A model generated the notes under the pieces. That model made no database searches. It was given only the letters and a program-made list of their open reading frames with translations, and was not told the DNA's origin. Positions 60,508 to 64,000 of a stretch of 64,000 nt of DNA are shown one piece after another. Each line of letters starts with the position of its first letter. The first letter of the stretch is position 1. The position numbers were made by a program, and so were the translations under genes. This DNA comes from Marsupella aquatica (Eukaryota > Plantae > Marchantiophyta): the NCBI GenBank assembly GCA_973895155.1, contig OZ316899.1:16457974-16521973 (forward strand), read 5' to 3'.

Positions 60508-62598
60508 GCGGAGTGCCTTAGCCTGTTGTGATTGGGCCGACCCAATGCTCATGCCTAGGCCCTCAGGTCTCATCGCCACTCGGCCAAACCCCGATCGGGC
60601 CATAACTCACGCCCCAAGCGTTCGTTGCCCATGGCGTCAATCCATTGGCCTTGGCCCAAGAGGAGCTCACACTCAAGCCCTCAGAACTCAAAGTCCGTCT
60701 GGGGGCCCGGATGGTTGACCTTGAGTCCGGCCCCTTTCCCCTTGACCCGACCAACTCTCAGCTTGCCTAAGTCCTTAGTGTGTGTCACCACCTTGGCTCC
60801 TTGCCTTTGCTAGTGCCACGTCTCATTCCCCACAAGTTTCCCCATGCTAAGTCCTTCCCGGATGGCCTATCCGGGCCTGGACCATAAGGGAGCTCGACGT
60901 CGGAGTCAGTAATGCCGGAGCTAAGTGTTAAAGTAGTCGAGTTCCGCGACTTTCACCCTCCTTAAAAATGGTAACGTCCGCATGACCTTAGTAAACATTC
61001 TAGCACGCCTAGACCACTTTAGGTCTTAAAATTTTTATGAGGTAACAAATGGTTTGCCCATAAGGCTGATGCAAACCAGGTTGGTGTGCGCATTCCAGAC
61101 TTAGGAAATTCCAGCCTATCCCACTTATCCAAGTAGGATGCCAGTCCAAGCGGGTAAGCTAACTCCAAACTCGTCGGACCCATTGTCCTCCCCTTGGGGT
61201 ACTCCCCTTTGGTTTGAACCAGCCCGCCCACAGATGTAAGGCGGGCACCATCAACTTCCACTTGTCAAAAGCAAATTGGCCGCCCAACAACCTCTAGCAC
61301 CAATGCAATCCGATTGTATCCTTAAGAGGCCGAGAGGAGTGAAACTAGGATACAACTCACAAAGGTAGTTACAGTTGCCTGTACCAGTTCACAACGGCAG
61401 TAGGCCGCTTTGCTTATGATAGCTTCCAAGGATCTCTGAGGCATTACCCAAATTTTCTTCCGGTTCCCAAGTACTCTCGGCCTGATCATAGCCAACCCAC
61501 TTCACCAAATACTATAAGATTTGTCTCCCCAACTTGCCTTTGTAACGGTGGTTCAAAATTGCCTCCACCTCAAACTCCTCCGCGTCCTCCACCAGCATGG
61601 CGTCCGGACGCAAGACCTGATCCCGGTTGGGATCATCGTCTTTGACAAATTTCTTGAGCCGACTAACATGGAGTGGTGGACCTAGCCACCCTGCGCCCTC
61701 ACCAATCCCAACACTTGCGCCTAAGTGCCCTTGATGCCCGAACGCCTCCACGGAATACCGCGAGCAAGCATCCAAGTGCCTCTTGCACCACCAGCGGCCC
61801 CTCCCATACGAAGCTGCACTTACTCACCTACACGACCGCTACTCAACGGCCTTCATTGTCTGCACAAGCAACCAAGCACCTTGGTAAGTAACCCTTCCGG
61901 CGGGCCTTCCGGATCTAGAACTCGCCGAGTCTAGCATCCTAACTCAAGCTCAACAGACATTGGTAAATATGTCAGCGATAGGTCCTCCCGATGCCATAAG
62001 CCGGAACCAAAGCCCACGCCCACTGTCCGTCCAGGACAGCTCCTTCCTTGAGCGCGGCCCGGGTTCCCCCTTGTATCTATCCATCACCAACTGACCGCCC
62101 TGACCTCAGGACATGCTCATGGCCCAAATAGCGTAGCTTGTCCTAAGCTTCTCCCAACACGTCGGGACCAGAACGGCCCCGACTCTAGCAACCGCTCCCG
62201 GTTTGCCCCACTGATGGTCTAGGGGCCGAGAACCCTTGGAACTCAGCCTCCACACCTACTTGGCCTTGCCTCCCCAACGCAAGCTCCCTTGGGAGACTGA
62301 AAGAGGCTTGGCTACTCTTCGACAAGATTTGGCAAGCCGGCGAGCTAACACCCGCAAACCACAAGAACCCATGGCACCCCCTGACCCAGCTGAGCCCAGG
62401 AGGTTGTAGCCCTCCTCAAGAGCTTTCCAACGCACCCAAGAAGTCCTCCAACAGACTTCCCGTTGGGAAGATATCGCCATTTCCGTTTGGCGGTTTCCCT
62501 TAGTTTCGCGACCGCCGCGGCTCATGACTTCGGCTCGCCCTTAGCCCCCAGGGAGACACCACTCCCCTCATATATGCTTCTGGGGACCTGCCACCCCC
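60508..62598 (-). mobile_element. Internally deleted family X chromovirus: LTR part (61674-62598), integrase C-terminus + chromodomain, PPT, LTR part (60508-60955)
   Basis: HVSRLKKF...EEFEVEAILNHRY chromodomain; AAGGAGGG PPT followed by TGAAAGTCGCGG; LTR parts match 31627-32937 and 50812-50954. Confidence 0.85.
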
Positions 62599-64000
62599 TA
62601 TGGAATGGCTCAGTGGAGGCTTGAGTAGGAAATGCGTCAGTTTTTGCTTTCAAGGAGTAGTAATTACATAGTTTTAGTGATTAGCGGAGTTGTTAGGTTT
62701 AGGGTAACTTAATAACTAAGGAAGTAGAGTAGGGAAATAAATTGAGGGAGAGGACATGTTTCTCTAAGAAGCATCAAGAGTTGAGTAAGTTATTTGGTAA
62801 GGGCGGAAAAAAATTATGGTAGTCGGCAAGTCGGGCCGAAGGCATGACCGATACTTTTGAGTGATAAGTTTTGCTAAGACTCACCCTATAGGTGCTAGGT
62901 AGTCCCTAGACCACACATAAAAGTCACAAAGTCAAGTGGGGTCTTAACCTAGGAGTTGTAAGTATTTTGGCAAAACTTAAAGTTACCAAATAGTGGGTCT
63001 CGGGAAAAATAGCTGATGGGAAAAGGTAGGGGTTCCAAGTTTCAAAGTAGGTTAAATAGGGTCCACTCTATCCCTGGAAACTTGTGGGAGAACTTGGTTA
63101 CCTTTGGTTACTTTTTGGGAGCATCTCAAAGTTGAGAAGAATTTTGGAAAACATAAAAATTAACCCTATTTACCTAATTTTAGAAAATTTATTATAGGGT
63201 TTTGTTTAGATCTTAGTAAACCAAGACATAGCCCTGTGTCCAGAGAATCTATGGATCTACTCAAAAGTCCTTTTGGCCTTATGGGTGATTTTTGGCGGTG
63301 GATACAATATGGGCCGGGGAATTATATTTTTTCCAAAATAACAAAATCCGACTAAGTGTAAAAACGCTTCGACGAGGCTACCACAAGGCAGGAATAAGTC
63401 AAGCACAAGGGCGGCTGGGAGATGGTTGAATAGACCAGGCAATCACAAGGTGAAGGAGCTTGAGTGGGAGTGGTAGTTAGTTGGACTTTTGTTGTAGTGT
63501 GACTTTGATAGTTAGGAGGACTTTGGTGATTGGACCTTGGTCCTTGGTCCTTGGTCCTCCACTTTGGTCCTTGGTCCTTGGTAAGCTACCTTGGTGTGGT
63601 GTGGAAGGAGAATAGTATATAAGGAGGAAATTTTTCTTTGTTAGGGACCAGAATTCTCAATTCTCAAAGTAGAGGCTCTACCTTGTTAAGTTGGGGCTAA
63701 GCTTGAGAAGGAAGTGAGATCCATACTTAGTGTGAGGATATTGTAGAAGATTTTTTGTTGTAAGGATTGAGTATGCAATGAAAGGAGTCTTGTCAATCTT
63801 CAATGTGACCATTAAGTGTGAGGGAATTTGAAGTGTATGAGGGCAAGAGAAGAGTCCATGTTAGGGTGCAATCTTGGTCTGAGCTTGAAGGGGATGTGCT
63901 GGTACACAACCAAGGCTAGGGAGGCAAGGTTAAGGTGGAGCACTAATTTGAGACTTAGAGAGGATTGTATCTTGATAGTGGAAAGTACTTTGTCTTTTGT
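62599..64000 (+). repeat. Family Y LTR, runs off the right edge
   Basis: Homologous to 32938-33760 and 35150-35600 (e.g. AGTCAAGTGGGGTCT.AACCTAGGAGTTGT, GGAGAATAGTATATAAGGAG); contains a short CCTTGGT tandem at ~63535-63582. Confidence 0.85.

Overview
Eukaryotic plant window (probably a non-seed plant such as a bryophyte; inferred from TE protein types) made almost entirely of nested transposable elements, with no host gene, RNA gene or CRISPR array. 1-8913 is the right part of a large CACTA DNA transposon (TIR ending at 8913). It holds two divergent Tnp2 transposase genes plus cargo: an intronless double-BRCT gene (Pol-lambda-like BRCT) and an EDM2-like composite PHD gene with one nonsense codon. 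It is inserted in a chromodomain-bearing Ty3/Gypsy element. Next come a decayed non-chromovirus Gypsy interrupted by a Bianca-type Ty1/Copia (TG..TA LTRs, TSD TAGGC), and several copies or fragments of the chromovirus family 'X', whose LTRs host solo LTRs. The centrepiece is a very young, intact 14.7-kb Athila-like Gypsy element (35938-50666, minus strand, TSD TTATG, single 2132-aa gag-pol). Its ~4-kb LTRs each contain a complete 618-aa gene plus GC-rich tandem repeats, so the accessory gene is encoded inside the LTR.
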